From: Macrostomum lignano
Lineage: Eukaryota
NCBI GenBank assembly: GCA_002269645.1
Contig: NIVC01001356.1
Span: 243,381-307,380 of the forward strand
Length of the DNA stretch: 64,000 nt
Reading direction: 5' to 3'
Shown here: one piece after another, positions 46,206 through 59,844 of the stretch
Position numbering within the stretch: position 1 is the first letter of the stretch
How the letters are laid out: every line of letters begins with the position of its first letter
The notes under the pieces: model-generated
The model's input: only the letters and a program-made list of their open reading frames with translations
What the model was told of the DNA's origin: nothing
Databases searched by the model: none
Program-made: the position numbers and the translations under genes

Positions 46206-47741
46206 TCAATAGGCAGACCCAGTTGACACTCTGTAAAATCTGATGGACTTTCCATTCGGTTGGCAGACGGCAAGCAGCTCTGAGTCGCCTTGAACGATTG
46301 CCAAGCCACATGGATTGTCCATTCTATCTTCGCCACTGCCGGCCTCACCCTCGACTCCAACAGTCTGCAGCACAGTGCCGTTACTTTGCATCACACGAAC
46401 CACATCCCTTAACAACTCGCTGACAAACACCAGACCCGAGCGATGAGCCGCGACTCCTGTAGGACTCAGAAGCTTATCAAGACGACTTCGCTTGGTCGGG
46501 TAGGTCGAGATCAGCTGACCGCTGGCGATGCACACTTTGTAGAGCTTGTCAGCTGTCCAATCGGTGATCAGCACCGCATGGTCATAAAAAGACATGGATT
46601 CTGAGCGATCTGAAAACACAGGCACGTCACTGATAGAAATGCAGGACTGCAGCTGGCCGCTGTCTTTGTCGATGCACAGCAGCTGCATTTCCGAGCCGCT
46701 TTTGTCCAGAGCAATTATCTTGTCAGAGCTGCAGGTCAGTCCCATAAATCTGACAGGCCGTCCGATGCTGCTCGACTCCATCTCAAGCGATACCTGACCG
46801 CTCAGGTCCGACGCCTTCACCCAGTTTTTTTGCGAGATGTACAGAGCTTGGCGCTTGCTGTCACAGCAAAGTCCTGTGATTGGCTTGGACCAGTCGAGGT
46901 CGGCTTGAACTTTCAGCCTCACGGATCCGTCAATCGAACACGCGAGAAGGTAATCCAAATCATCAAACGATACGACCAGACACAGCTCGGGAAGCATCTG
47001 TGCCGCATCGACTGCAGGCTCCGCCTTCACCACTTTGCTGCCTGAAGCATCAGCGGAGAAGCCCTTCGTGTTGCTGGAGCATGAAATTAATTTAGGTTTA
47101 CCATTGAGTTCTTGGATCTCGCTGTGAAACTCACAAATGTTCAGCTCGCTCAGCAGACCAGCTGACTCGCACAGCTTCATTGCATCCTCAAAATGCCTGT
47201 CGATGCTCAGCTGCAAGTCTCTCAGAGCTCCGCAAACGTCGCCCAGCTTCACTTGTCCTTGTTCGTCTTCGCTAGACACCGCGTCCTCGAGATCGCAGCA
47301 CTCCAGCTCCATGCGCGAGGACAGCTCAAGGGCGCCTCGAAGGTCGCTGGCGCTTTCCGCCGCTGCTATCGAGCTGTCGAACTCCTGCAGCACTGCAAAG
47401 TCGCTCAGCTTCTGCCTTGCTGCGTCAGTTCTGGCAGTGAGTCGACTCGTCACAGCTTCCTTGTGCTTCATCAGCGACTCAATGGCGGCATTGAGCAGAT
47501 CCTCAGCCACCTGTAGCTCTGCTTCCAACACCTGCACGTCCATTCTTAGACGGTCGCGGACGAGCCTCAGAGGCTGCAGCCTCGCCTCAACTCTGTCATG
47601 AATTTCACGCACTCTGTCGGAGTCTCGGTCCAGGTGTCTCTGGCACAGAGGCTGCGGTGTCTGAGCTCCGATGCCAGAAGCTGCTTCGTTGCAGGTGGCC
47701 AGGGAGCAGCCCTGACTGCCTGCTTGAGTGGCTTCGGTCAT
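46206..47741 (-). CDS. ZnF-coiled-coil-NHL protein A4 (class A, 511 aa)
   Basis: Intact ORF from ATG 47741; same domain layout; N-terminal half nearly identical to A1. Confidence 0.88.
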   Translation of the reverse strand: MTEATQAGSQGCSLATCNEAASGIGAQTPQPLCQRHLDRDSDRVREIHDRVEARLQPLRLVRDRLRMDVQVLEAELQVAEDLLNAAIESLMKHKEAVTSRLTARTDAARQKLSDFAVLQEFDSSIAAAESASDLRGALELSSRMELECCDLEDAVSSEDEQGQVKLGDVCGALRDLQLSIDRHFEDAMKLCESAGLLSELNICEFHSEIQELNGKPKLISCSSNTKGFSADASGSKVVKAEPAVDAAQMLPELCLVVSFDDLDYLLACSIDGSVRLKVQADLDWSKPITGLCCDSKRQALYISQKNWVKASDLSGQVSLEMESSSIGRPVRFMGLTCSSDKIIALDKSGSEMQLLCIDKDSGQLQSCISISDVPVFSDRSESMSFYDHAVLITDWTADKLYKVCIASGQLISTYPTKRSRLDKLLSPTGVAAHRSGLVFVSELLRDVVRVMQSNGTVLQTVGVEGEAGSGEDRMDNPCGLAIVQGDSELLAVCQPNGKSIRFYRVSTGSAY

Positions 47742-49920
47742 TGCTCTTCTGAGCTGAAGCGGAGAGGTTGGGAGAAGCTGAGAGGCATTGTGAATTATAT
47801 GCTCAGGAAATTGCAGAAGCTGCACTTTTACAAGCGTAGTCAGGTGGAGGGGCTCAGAAACTCATCTGGCCTAAAATAATGGGCTGAAGAGCTCGTTGGA
47901 AATACCGATCTCTTTCAATCATGACATACTCGTATTTTTTATTTTGTTCCCTACTAAAACTGAACATTCTGTCTCTCTCTCCTGCTGCTGCAGACGTAAC
48001 TTGATACTATGAGAATGAGAATTTTAGAGAAAATCCCATGATTAAACTTTAAATGATGACAGAAAAGTTGCAGTCGTCCTCCTTGCACACTAGTGAGTCT
48101 TCAGCAAAGTTAATTAATAAATATTGGGTTTGCTGCTCGCTAAAGTTTGGTCTGGTGTAGTTATTTAACCACTTAGCATTGATCCAGAACAGAGTAGGAT
48201 AATCAATACGAATTTATACTGAGAGTCAGTACAGAGTTTAATATAAAACTCTGTACTGAGGTATTAGCTGACCTGCATACAAGAACAATAGTAAGCATTA
48301 AAAAGGTACATAACTAAAAACATTTTAATCAAGCAATAAAAGTCAAAAGTGCAGTATAATTTGAACTTCTAACTTTTATATAGAATTTGGTGCATATACC
48401 TTTTAGATCTATTGGATTTTTCACTGATGACTTTGTTTTCATTTTAAAAACAAGCCACTTTCAATGCTTCAAAAACCAGAAAATTTTCCATAAGTGTATT
48501 TAACTAATTCCTAATTCATTTATGCTTACAGATAAATCGGAAATAAATACTGACCCATCTGTTTGTTCTGAGACACACTAAAACTTTAATACAATAAATT
48601 TTGTTTTTGTGTAAGGGTATTGTAAATTTTTACATTTGAATTGTAAGTTGAAGCAAGTTTACAGATTTATTGCAATTATTTGCATTTTGAAAATAAGTTA
48701 ATTAAAAGCAAAGCTTGGATTGTGTCTGAGTCTGAGTTTTCTCTCTATTTGTTCCAAATTATAAATCGATTCATAACGCAGTCAAAGGTAAGGTAAGGTA
48801 TATAAAACTTAATATTATTGTTCGGAATAAGTAATAGTATGCATGTCAGCATCGACACGTCGTATTGGCTATTTGTTTTAGTTAGCAACGCGCATACTGC
48901 TTCCTTTAATATTCGCTCGTACATAACCGTCTTTTCGAGTAAATATATAAATAAAACCACGACTAAGGTTTCAAGTTAAGCGCGTGCGCAACATACACTA
49001 ATGAAAACAGTGAATAAGTAAAACAAAAAATGATTATATATCGTTAATGTCTGTTAGTTCTTCAAGAGAGGTACAAGTGTAGCAATATATTATTTTACTA
49101 CCAGCAAATATAATTGAACGATACTCTTTAAAATACCTTTACAGTGCACCAACACTAACAAGGCAGAAGGCCTGGCTGCATGTGTGTGTTAAGAAATCGA
49201 ACAAACATTTGAATTTGAATGCTCATTTGTATGTGAAACTGGAGGATGTGCATGTACAATTGAATTTCGTCTAATATGGTCGTTGTCCAGCTAGATGTAC
49301 ATGTACACGTAAACCAATTCCTGCCAGTGAAATATATTTATTTGTTTGTACATGTACCCGTGGCAGTGAGCAGGGCCGTGTGGCCGGGACGGAGGGGTGA
49401 GCTTCTGCCGGGGCCGCCAAAAGCGAACCGCCCAGCCCGGCAGCATGTCCCCGCGTCTACGTCAGCAGCACGAACCTCAATTTCTGCAACGAGAGTAATA
49501 CAACCTACGTTCGACAACGGGCGGTGGGCCCAAGTCATCGACATCCATGCACAATCGCATCACCTGCTGGACTGCTATTCACAGTCACAGGCGAGTGTGG
49601 GACGAGGACTCGCTCTCGGACCATCGTTTTATCCTCTTTTGCATCGGGCTGACCAAGCAAAAGCCGAAGGTCACCTGGAGCCGGAACTTCAGGAATACCC
49701 AAGCGATCAACGAGTTTAAAAGTCAAGTCAGAGGGCCAAGACGGCCGACCATGTGGCGCCAATAGTGCGGAGGGCTAATTGATGTCACTCAACCTGTAGC
49801 CCGAGTGGTAAACAGCACTCACGAGTGACCGTTTTTAAACTCTGTTGAGGAAGAAACCTGATATCGCTATTTCATTAAGAACTCTGCAGAGACGGCCTAC
49901 AGACCTCATGGTCGAATCCT
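47200..49920. repeat. Recent segmental duplication, near-identical to ~16800-19520
   Basis: Gene 5' half, about 1.5 kb of AT-rich upstream DNA and the LINE fragment are collinear, with only scattered substitutions and small indels. Confidence 0.9.
49563..49765 (+). mobile_element. Duplicate of the APE-endonuclease LINE fragment
   Basis: RVWDEDSLSDHRFILFCIGL, as at 19170-19380. Confidence 0.65.
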
Positions 49921-50420
49921 CGACCTAGAACGGCCCATCTACCATGTGAGGGTTTCCCGACAGATATTCAGACAGATATTCAAAACGATCATCTACTACT
50001 TTTAACAAAATGGACCAAACAGAACCATATTTTTGGCAGATGTTTACGCATGTGTTTGCAATCAAATGAGCCCAAATTTGTTTTATAAAATAAAAAACTT
50101 TACGAAGTGCATTGTTTCAAAGATTGCTTGGCAACACCCTGATTCAGCATCTCTTCAACGTTTTCTGAAAATGATTCAATTTTTACATCCCATAAATGTG
50201 CCCCGTATCCCAAAAAGACAATGGACTAACTCTTACGCATGTTTCAGCTGTAAAATGCCGCATCACGCGTCTAATAAAATACTTTACTTCTTGAATTATT
50301 TTCTTTTAAAGTGTGCTTGGAGATTTGCTTTTTTGAAGGCAAGTCAAGAAACAGCGCATATTTGCTGATGTCAGAACTCCATTTCGCTCTCAAATTAAAT
50401 GAATTTATAGTTCCATTCTT

Positions 50421-50680
50421 ACGCACATCCCAGCTTTAGAATGACACCATTGAAGCTGAAAAAGAAACAGTATTTCCTGAGATATTCGACTCTAAAGTGT
50501 GCTTTGCTTTTGAGTCAATAACGCTTGACGTTGTGTGTCGAAATATACGCCAAGAAATTGTGACACTATTTTTTGCTTACGAAACATAAAACTTAACTCG
50601 CTCTTTTACGCACGTCCCAGCTTTAAAATGACACCTCAGGCGTCGCCAAAGACGCCTCCGTTCGTGAGATATTCGACTCG
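50421..50680. repeat. Two dispersed direct repeats (acgcac.tcccagcttta.aatgacacc ... gagatattcgactc), spacing about 187 bp
   Basis: Seen directly; resembles subterminal repeats of non-autonomous DNA transposons (inference). Confidence 0.45.
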
Positions 50681-53600
50681 AAACATTGCTCGGCGTGCAG
50701 GTTAGCTAACTCGCTGCCACCAGCCCGTACGTCCCGGCTCACCACCCCGGGACTCTCGAAATCGGGCTTCCGACTAGAAGGGGCTTTGCACTTACCTGCC
50801 AACTAGTGTCTTTTTGCTGTCAATCTCGAAGTCATAGCCGATGATAAGGGACACTGCTGGGACTAGATCGCATTGGCCATGCAGGTACAGAGGGGACTTG
50901 TGCAGGGGATTCTTGCAGTGGCGAGACTATGGGGTAGCTACATGTACTATTACATTGCTAAATACGAAGATATGTACTTTTGGCCTTCAACGCGCCAACT
51001 AGCCTCTCCTAGCGCTGATGATAGGCTAACTCGAACATCGGAGACCGCATGATTCATTTACCCGAGCCGCTTGGCTACCCTAGAGTGCACAAAGTACATC
51101 TCTGGCGCCGATTCTGCACTACTGGCTGTTTTGCTCACTGATTTGTTAGATTGATCGACTGAGAACTGCCTTGCCATTGGTTCACTGTGACCGGCGCCTA
51201 CTAGCTTAGCTACTCATTTGAGCCATCGGCGAACAAAGAAATAAAACCGATAAAAATAACTGTTAGGGACTCGTCCTTGATGATGATGGGGGAGGTCGCA
51301 ATCCGGGGATCAAGAAACGACGGTCGCGCTCCGGGATGTCTCAATCTAGGCTAAGGTCCCAGGAGGAGTCGAGAGGAGCGCGGAGTTTGGTCCAAGCGGG
51401 CCAAAAACACCGGTTTAAATAGCCGCCAACTGGACCGCAGTTTGTTATAATGGAACACGTCAATTCTGATTCGCTAATCGCTAATCCCAAAGTACTTTTA
51501 GGGGTAAAACGCATAGCTGTCAAAGCTGTCACACGCTTGAGTGAACACGAACAATAGGCTCTGACCTCATAAATCTTGATGGCCTGTCAAAATGATGAGA
51601 AAAAAGCTACCGCCCGCATCCTCTCAGACCATCTGGCGGCCGCCTCAACACTGAGTGAGGCGCAGGTGGCTGTCAGACCAGCTTCGAAAGCGATGATTTA
51701 TGACCCAAAAAGCTGCGCCTATGTTATTATGACTACTAGTATGACCAAACATTATATCTAGTATAGATTCTATGACAATTCGCAGAAAAATGATAAAAAT
51801 GCCCATTGCCCACTGTTAGTAGGCTAGTAAGTTTAGAGCCCGTGTGCTAGCGCGGGGTTTGGAAAAAGCGCGGCCTCATCAAAAGCTTGCTGACATCTGA
51901 GAGGTTTTCTATTGTACTGCCTTCTATCAATACTCCTGTTCATATACTCAGTTGTACGCTCGCATATTGCTTTATCTACTGTTTTTTACTCGCATGTGCA
52001 AAGTTTTTTTAGTTTATCATTATAGTGCCAGCTGCTCCATGCAAAAGTTAAATACTACTCTCCACCAAGGGGGCGATGCACAAATGATAGCATCAAATGC
52101 AATTTGCGAATAATAATTTAGGGTATACTCGTAGCCTGAAAACCTGGATCTCTCAATGAAAAAACTGAAGAATAGTACCCACGCTTGTATAAGCCAAGAA
52201 CAGCAAAGTTTTGAGCAATAAAACTGACTCTGATCTCTCCGAAACAAACACCGAATGTTAAATAATGACGTCAGCAGACTTTAAAGCTGTTAGCAGGCAG
52301 TCGCCTTTGTAAAACTCGTTTGAGACACTTTCTATCTACTGAGAGAACTCGGCGAACTTTTGCCTGTCTGGATGAAGCTGAAGCTGAAAAATGATGACGG
52401 AGATTAAAGGCACAAAAACTTGCACAGTTCGTAACTGAATTTCATAAATATATTATGATTACACTGTAGCGCTGGCTATCAAAAGATGAAGAAGACTGAT
52501 TAAGTTGAGCGAAAAGTTAAATCTCGGCTGGGGGGCGATTGCGTCTATTTAATAAAAATAAAGTACAGTTAGTTTGGGGCTGCAACCGTAAGTTCGAGTT
52601 TGGGCCATAGACAACCTAGCTTGTGGGCAGTCAAAGAAAGTACTTTTTATGAGCTGCATGAGCTGTATATTCTGTGGAATGCAGTCATATTTGCGAAGGA
52701 CGGCTGCACCTAAAACTTGCTGCGTAATTTGCAGTTTGTTCTGTGTAGCCTATAAGAGTTTACGTTCCCACGCGCCTGTTTGGCAGTGTTTTAAATAAAA
52801 AGGAGAGACAGTGGAGGCGCTCGCTTCACTTTTCTCTCGCCCGCATCTGCGGGCCTAAAGGCATGGCCATTGCCTCGGCTGGGCTGTAGGCCGCAGCAGC
52901 CTGGGCCCAGAAAAACCGTGCTTCGAGTTCACTTCTTTGTTATCCGACGTGAGCAGAAGGTGCAGGATGGACGCAAAATCGTACCTGTTACAATGGTTCC
53001 CTGACCGCGTGAGTCTGCTAGATGAAGTTCCTGTCGCAAAGGATAACGGAGGGTCGAATAGAAGCCGGTTGAGGACAGCACAACATCAGCAAATCGAGAT
53101 CCGGCGACCAGAGGACATCTTGCGTCGTTGGCGTGCTTGACGGCATTAAGTCGCAACCGGTGGTTCAGTTCAACTGCCACCACGGTGCAGCCGCCGCCCA
53201 AACTGACGCGTGTTCAACAGCCGTTCGGATGGATCGACAAGAAGAGTCAGCCCCGACGTCACTGTCTCGGCGACCGGCATGCAGATCAATTTTCCTGCCC
53301 TGAGGAGACCGAATGAACGCAGACCGAATGAGACCGAATGAACGCAGGGACCGTGGGAAAAAAGTCGCTACAACACCAATAGATTAGAAAATCTTGCTTA
53401 CAACTCGATTGTCTAAAAAAAGAAGGTAGAATTCTCGCAATCGAAGACAGACGGAGGGCTTAACTTTAAAGGCCGATGTGATGGATCCTGGCAGTTATTT
53501 TTATAACATAAACTGAGAGTGGGTCTTTATAGAAAAATTCTTAAAAGAAAGCTCCATTTCTCAGGTTCGCTTTTATCTTTGAGAAAGTTAAAACTCGGAC

Positions 53601-54045
53601 AGCCTGCTGCTTTTCTGATTAATTATTTGATTTGCAGCCAGACATAAGTTGGTTGTACGTCAATCCAAGATAGTAATAAACACAAGTAAATTGTATCTTT
53701 TACGGATGTTTCTCTTATCTATTGACTTTTCATAGAGCAGCACCAATAGTTTGGCGCCCTGGTGATGAACCCCGATGCAATTGTCTCCGACCAGGAGAAA
53801 CCGGGCCTGGCGCGAAGCACACCTCCCTCAGAAACGTCTTGAATTCAGCTCGCGCGTACCTCAATTAAGGACACTGGACGAGCTGAGTTCTTCCTTACCG
53901 CCGGCGAGGAGGACCGGCGAGACCGACAGATCCTCCTGACAAGTTTTTGGTCACCAGAGACTGGCGGAATGGGGATTCTCCTCCGCCGCCACGCTGCATC
54001 CGCCAGTTGATGCGACCCCTGCAAGCTATAAGTTAAGTAATTTAA

Positions 54046-54312
54046 GAGGCTCCCTGCGTCACTCTTTGTCCTTGCAAGACCCCTGCCACTTCCGTCAGGT
54101 GGAGGCCCCCTGCGCACTCACCGTTATAGTGAGGCCAGGTAAGGTACACCGTTTGAGGAAAGTCAGGAAAATGAAAGGAGGCTCACCATAGTGAGGCTAT
54201 AATAGTAGTTATAGTGAGGCTCACCACGTCACTCTGCGTTTTTTTGTGGCTCCCTGCCATACTATCCGTCGTGGTGAGGCTCCCTGCTTCACTTTCCGTT
54301 GTGCTGCGACTC
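54046..54312 (+). repeat. 30-bp minisatellite (gtgaggctccctg... family)
   Basis: Same unit and same downstream flank as 14807-15120. Confidence 0.8.
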
Positions 54313-54671
54313 TTAAAATCCTTATTATTTGTTAAGGTCTTAAAAGTATGTGCTCGTTTCTTCTGACCTACTTCAATATCCGTTTAAGTTTGACCTCGCA
54401 TTCAATTTGTTTGTGTGCCACTTCATAGTCAGTCATTATGCAATTCTGACTAATCGCCTCTCTTTTATAAGCATATTCCGCGGTGCTTTATATTGCTTGT
54501 ATTTTAACATCAGTGTCCATTCGGAATGATAGATTCCTGCATGGAAAATCAGCCGACAATGCCATTTCGCTCAAATTCTGTCTAAATAAACTTAAAAACA
54601 TCACATGATTTATGAACATCACAAAATCTGAAGCCTTTGAATACAAGAAGCAAAGTTTAGGAACTTAAGTA

Positions 54672-55894
54672 CACCATTTTACCTCCTATTTTGAACAAAG
54701 TCTTGTTCATAAGAAACAAGCAGAACTTCAATTCAAACACTTTAAGAAATATCAGCGCTTGCGGAACTTCAATTCAAACAAAGTCCCTTTCTATTGAAAC
54801 AGAAGAACTTCAATTCAGACTGTCTGTGGCCAAAATTGTCCCCGAGTGACGCGCATGTGCAGATTTGAAATTCAAAATAAACAAAGTCAAATTCACATTC
54901 GACAGAGATTTTTGCACATACATTTAGATACGAGAGTACATTTTAGTACATTAATATAATTTTTTTTCCTGTACAGAATAACTGTACAATCGTTGCGCAA
55001 CAAGAAACGATATGAACGCTGAAGATCAGATTGAAAAAGACGATGAATTGCTGAAAGATGGAATCGATTAATTTGAAGCAGAATTCGATGAAGATATCAT
55101 GGAACAGCAGCCTCGGAAGTACGCAATTGTAAGCAACAGTGACAGAGACTGTATCATCAGGGCTGCTGATCGTGAGGGTGACTTTGTGGAACTGGCGCGC
55201 CAACTTGAAGTCAAGAGGTCAACAGCGTACACGATTGTGAGGTCAGGGAGAGCGGAAAAGCAGCCTACGAGATTCCGGACACCATTCAGGTCAAGCGGCT
55301 TCCACCCTACCACCATTTTGACTCCTGTGTGGAGAACTTAATCTCTGTTGGAAGGCCGCTATGAAGAGAGCAGACCAGCAAAATTTTATCGCTCCGACAG
55401 CTGAGTAGCACGGCAATCAGTCGATGGCGGCCTATCGGCGAGACATTCTGTCATGCTGGACAGAACAATTGGCTGCATCTCTGTGGACAAGAGCACTGAG
55501 GGGTTCAACCATGTGTTTACATACGTCCCTCGCTGCCTTGGTGTTGGTGGACAGGCAATTGATGGTTAGATGTCTCAAGTTGGCCAACTGACACTGTCTT
55601 GTTCCTGTTTTTAATTTTACTCTTTATGTTCGTCGATATGCTGTGTTTTATCCCTTTGTCGAAATAAAATGTGACTTTGTTTCTTTTGAATTTCAAATCT
55701 GCGCATGCACGTCGAGTCATTCGGGGACAATATTGGCCACAGACAGTCTGAATTGAAGTTCTTCTGTTTCAATAGAAAGGGACTTTGTTTGAATTGAAGT
55801 TCCGCAAGCGCTGATATTTCTTAAAGTGTTTGAATTGAAGTTCTGCTGGTTTCTTTTGAACAAGACTTTGTTCGAAATAGGAGGTAAAATAGTG
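54672..55894 (+). mobile_element. Internally deleted Tc1/mariner-type DNA transposon with long TIRs and a transposase HTH remnant
   Basis: TIRs of about 220 bp (cac.attttacctcctattt..., with internal gaacttcaattca repeats); TA at 54670-71 and 55895-96; ORF 55099-55341 begins RKYAIVSNSDRDCIIRAADREGDFVELARQLEVKRSTAYTIV (HTH-like). Confidence 0.8.
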
Positions 55895-56588
55895 TAGTAA
55901 GATTAACTAGCTCCGTCATCAAGCAGATTTTTTAGCATTAAACAGCATGGACCAGTCTCTTGTTTTGTGATAACTCTGTCAATTGAAAATCCAACCTCAT
56001 AGTCCAAGCTTCCAAAAACCTACACTTCCCTACCTCTTATGCTCTTCCAGAGAAACTCCCTGAAAAGATTTCTGCTGATGAAAAGTCGTCCAGTTCGTGC
56101 ACCAGACGCCCGATTGAACACTCAGCAGAATCGCATCTACAACTACAGGCTGCTTCATTCTCCATCATCAGTGACGGTGCCAGCATCCGCGGTCCCCTAC
56201 AGTACAGTGGCCAGCAAAGTCGCGTTAACAGTGGAACAAGAAGAACTTTAAAAGCGGATACCATTAACGAACAGAAACAAAGTGCTTGCCACTAGATCAG
56301 TGAAGCGCAATATGTTATAGCTGTATTGTCATTTATCTACGCTCGTAGTTAGCGCATAAACGCTTTGTTGAAAGCCTTTGACAACAAGTCAAAGAGCTCC
56401 TTTTCTATGCCGCACCCACGGGCCAGAGTAAAAACGTTCCACTTGGTTTACTCGTACTAAAATAGTATAGTCTGGAAAAACTATTCGATTTGTCAAGCAC
56501 GCCGATTCTAAAAAATAGCAATTCGTGATAAGGCAAAAAAATGAAGATTCACAGCTAAATCAAACAGCTAATTCACAACCATCAGCTG

Positions 56589-58124
56589 TCACACAGCAGA
56601 ACCAGTTGAAACTCGGTAAAGACTGATGGAATCTCTATTCGGTTGGCACACGGCAAGCAGCTCGGAGTGGCCTTCAACGATGGCCAAGCCACACGGATTG
56701 TGCATTCTGTCCCCGCAACTGCCAGCCTCACCCTCGACTCCGACAGTCTGCAGCACAGTGCCGTCACTACGCATCATTCGTACCACATGCCTATCAAACT
56801 CGCTGACGAACAACAGACCTAAGCGATGAGCTGCGACTCCTGCAGGACTCTGAAGCTCATCAAGACGACTTCGCTTGGTCGGGTAGGTCGAGATCAGCTG
56901 ACCGCTGGCGATGCACACTTTGTAGAGCTTTTGAGCTTCATAATCAGTGATCAGCACCGCATGGTCAATGACCGATGTGGATTCGTAGAAGTTATTAATA
57001 GAAGGCACGCAACCGACGAAAATGCAGGTCTGCAGCTGGCCGCTGTCTTTGTCGATGCACAGCAGCTGCATTTCCGAGCCGCTTTTGTCCAGAGCAATTA
57101 TCTTGTCAGAGCTGCAGGTCAGCCCCATAAATCTGACAGACCGTACGCCGAGGCTGCTCGAGTTGAACTCGAGTGAAACCTGACCGCTCAGGTCCGACAC
57201 CTTGACCACGTTTTTCTGCGAGATGTACAGAGCTTGGCGCTTGCTGTCACAGCTGAGTCCTGTGATTAGCTTGGACCAGTCGAGGTCAACCCGAACTTTC
57301 AGCCTCACGGATCCGTCAATCGAACACGCGAGAAAATAATGTAGTTTTGATAGTGGATAAAAAGCTACAAACAGACACGGCTCGGGAAGCATCTGTGCAC
57401 CATCGACCGCAGACTCCGCCTTCACCACTTTGCTGCCTGAAGCATCAGGGGAGAAGCCCTTCGTGTTGCTGCAGCATGAAACCCAATCAGGCGAACCATC
57501 GAGTCCCTGGATCTCGCTGTGGAACTCACAAATGCTCTGCTTCTCGCTCAGCGGACCAACACTCTCGCACAGCTGCATCACATCGCTCAGCTGCCTGTCA
57601 ATCAGCAGCTGCAAGTCTCTCACGCCTCCGCTCACGTCGCCAATGTCTCTGCCGACTTGCTCAAAGCTGTCTCTCTTTTCATCCAAGTCGCCGCACTCCG
57701 CACTCACTGCAGCTGAGAGTGAGAGCAATGTCTTCAGGTCAGCATTGGCCTCAGCTTCAGTAAGGCCAATCTCATACTCCTGCAGCACTGACAGCTCATT
57801 CAGCTTTTGCAGGCTGCTCTCATGTCTCACAGTCAATCGGTTGAGCACAGATTCCTTGTAGGTGAGCAGCGACTCCACAGCCGACTCGAACAGCTGCTCG
57901 ACGCTCTGCAGCTCGGCTGCTAGCGCTCGCTGATGAACTCGAAGGCCGTCTCGCAGACTCTTCAGCGGCTGCAGCTGCTCGAGCGCCTTCTGTGCGAGGT
58001 GGCGCACCGCGGCAGCGTCCTGAGCCAGGTGTCTTTCGCACAGGGGCTCTGGGAGGCGAACGCCGGTGCCGGTCGGGACAGCGCTGCAGCCTCTGATGAA
58101 GCAGCTCGGGCTCGAGTCAGACAT
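56589..58124 (-). CDS. ZnF-coiled-coil-NHL protein B3 (class B, 511 aa)
   Basis: Intact [16 protein letters not shown]...LCERH; six-blade propeller. Confidence 0.88.
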   Translation of the reverse strand: MSDSSPSCFIRGCSAVPTGTGVRLPEPLCERHLAQDAAAVRHLAQKALEQLQPLKSLRDGLRVHQRALAAELQSVEQLFESAVESLLTYKESVLNRLTVRHESSLQKLNELSVLQEYEIGLTEAEANADLKTLLSLSAAVSAECGDLDEKRDSFEQVGRDIGDVSGGVRDLQLLIDRQLSDVMQLCESVGPLSEKQSICEFHSEIQGLDGSPDWVSCCSNTKGFSPDASGSKVVKAESAVDGAQMLPEPCLFVAFYPLSKLHYFLACSIDGSVRLKVRVDLDWSKLITGLSCDSKRQALYISQKNVVKVSDLSGQVSLEFNSSSLGVRSVRFMGLTCSSDKIIALDKSGSEMQLLCIDKDSGQLQTCIFVGCVPSINNFYESTSVIDHAVLITDYEAQKLYKVCIASGQLISTYPTKRSRLDELQSPAGVAAHRLGLLFVSEFDRHVVRMMRSDGTVLQTVGVEGEAGSCGDRMHNPCGLAIVEGHSELLAVCQPNRDSISLYRVSTGSAV

Positions 58125-59844
58125 TGTGCTTGAAGAATGGCGCTGAAAATTTGCAAAATCGTTTTGATACTTTGAATGCGCCTGGCTAAAATGCTTTTAT
58201 AGTTGTTTCGAGCACGACCAGCTTAGTGACTTTTACAACACAGGAAGGGGATGTCAGCTTAGTCGAAATACCAGAGCAGATTCTGCTCTGAATCCCATCT
58301 GATTGTGTAGAGTATCATTAATTAAAAAATGCTACTATTAGTACAATAATGCAAACATGAGGAGCAAAACTTAATCTATGAGCTAAGTTACTATTTTTAT
58401 CGAAAACTATGAAACATCTATTTATAACAAAAAGAGGAATTGTGTACGATATACACGATATATACCGAAAGGATGGTTTAGGTTGCTATTTATATTTCGC
58501 AAAACTTGTCTATAAATACAAGCGAAAAATCCGAGCTGAAATCTCAGACTCGGAGCAGCCTCGACTTGAGCACACCCAGGAACTACGAGGCTACATGTAC
58601 ATCTCTGAGAGAAGTAGATGCCGTTCGGTAAGCCTTTGTTCAAGTTTTCGTTATTTGATTATTGAGAGCGATTTTATTGACGGCCGTTACTGTTCAGTTG
58701 AATTTACTGAATTTTTTTGAATTTGAGGCCTCCCTATTCCTAAGGGATTGGATAGGATCTGCGGACCGATTCCAATACCCTTAGAGGATTATCAATTGAT
58801 GATTTTGGTACCCTAGAGTAACCGATAGGGGCAACGACTCCGATTCCGTTATTTAAAGAAGAAGACGCCCTTTCTTGAGAACCTCGAATCTGTGTTTAAA
58901 AAGAAATTTGTCAAACAGCAGCACAACAGTAACAGCTCTGAAAGCTTCTTTATTTCACGCAACATATTGGCAGCTGCCGGTAAAAGTAAACGCAATTGTT
59001 ATCTAAAGTACGTTACTACTAAAATATCAATAAAACCAACTGCAAGACAGCAGAAACCGGTACATTAGCTTGGCTGGTACATATTTGGAAGTTTTAAAAT
59101 TCAATAAAAGCTATCACAGATATTATCAGGACTCATAAAGCCTCCAATATTAGATGAGACAGATGAGTAGAAATGCATGCAATTGAGCACTGTCAAGCAT
59201 CAGATTTGCAACAACTCACATGGTAAAGTCAAACACTTGAGAATGCTTTGAGTCTGAACAGAACAGATACAAATCATATTTTATTGGAGCACGGCTTAAC
59301 AAATAAACTCTAACAGCAACTTTGAGTAGCCTCAAGCGGCAGAAGCTCTGATGAGACAAAAATCTGGTGCCAGCATTCATGTTTAGAATGTCACCTGATT
59401 ATTCGCTTATTCTTCACTTATTCACGAAGGTAGCCAGAATAACCTGGTAGTTTAGAAGTTAAACCCACAGATGAACCTCCTAATCAATCATAATCACAGA
59501 TTAACTCTACTAGCAGATTGGTGTCACCTCAGTTTGTGAGAGGAAAACCAAATCAACGCGCCAATGTAAAGTCTGCTAACAGAATTCACGAAAATTGGCT
59601 GCGGTATGTCAAAGTGCCGCAGATGCTTCGAGTTTGTAACTGAAATTCTGAAATTTGGCAAAGCATAACAATTTCGTAAAGCAGATCCATTTAAAAATCA
59701 AAGACGAGCTCATTTTCTATTCTGTGCTCACAAGCTGCGGTAAAAAAGCTCCAATTAATTGGTCCAGCATGCAGATTATAAAAATAAAAATTTGTGATTC
59801 AGCAAAAACATGGCGATAACAGGTAAATTCACAATCATCCGCCG

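Noticed and set aside
58739-58784. Hairpin ctaaggg(a)ttgga ... tccaatacccttag as a Helitron end or ncRNA
   Set aside because: Long loop, wrong distance from a CTRR terminus, single occurrence.
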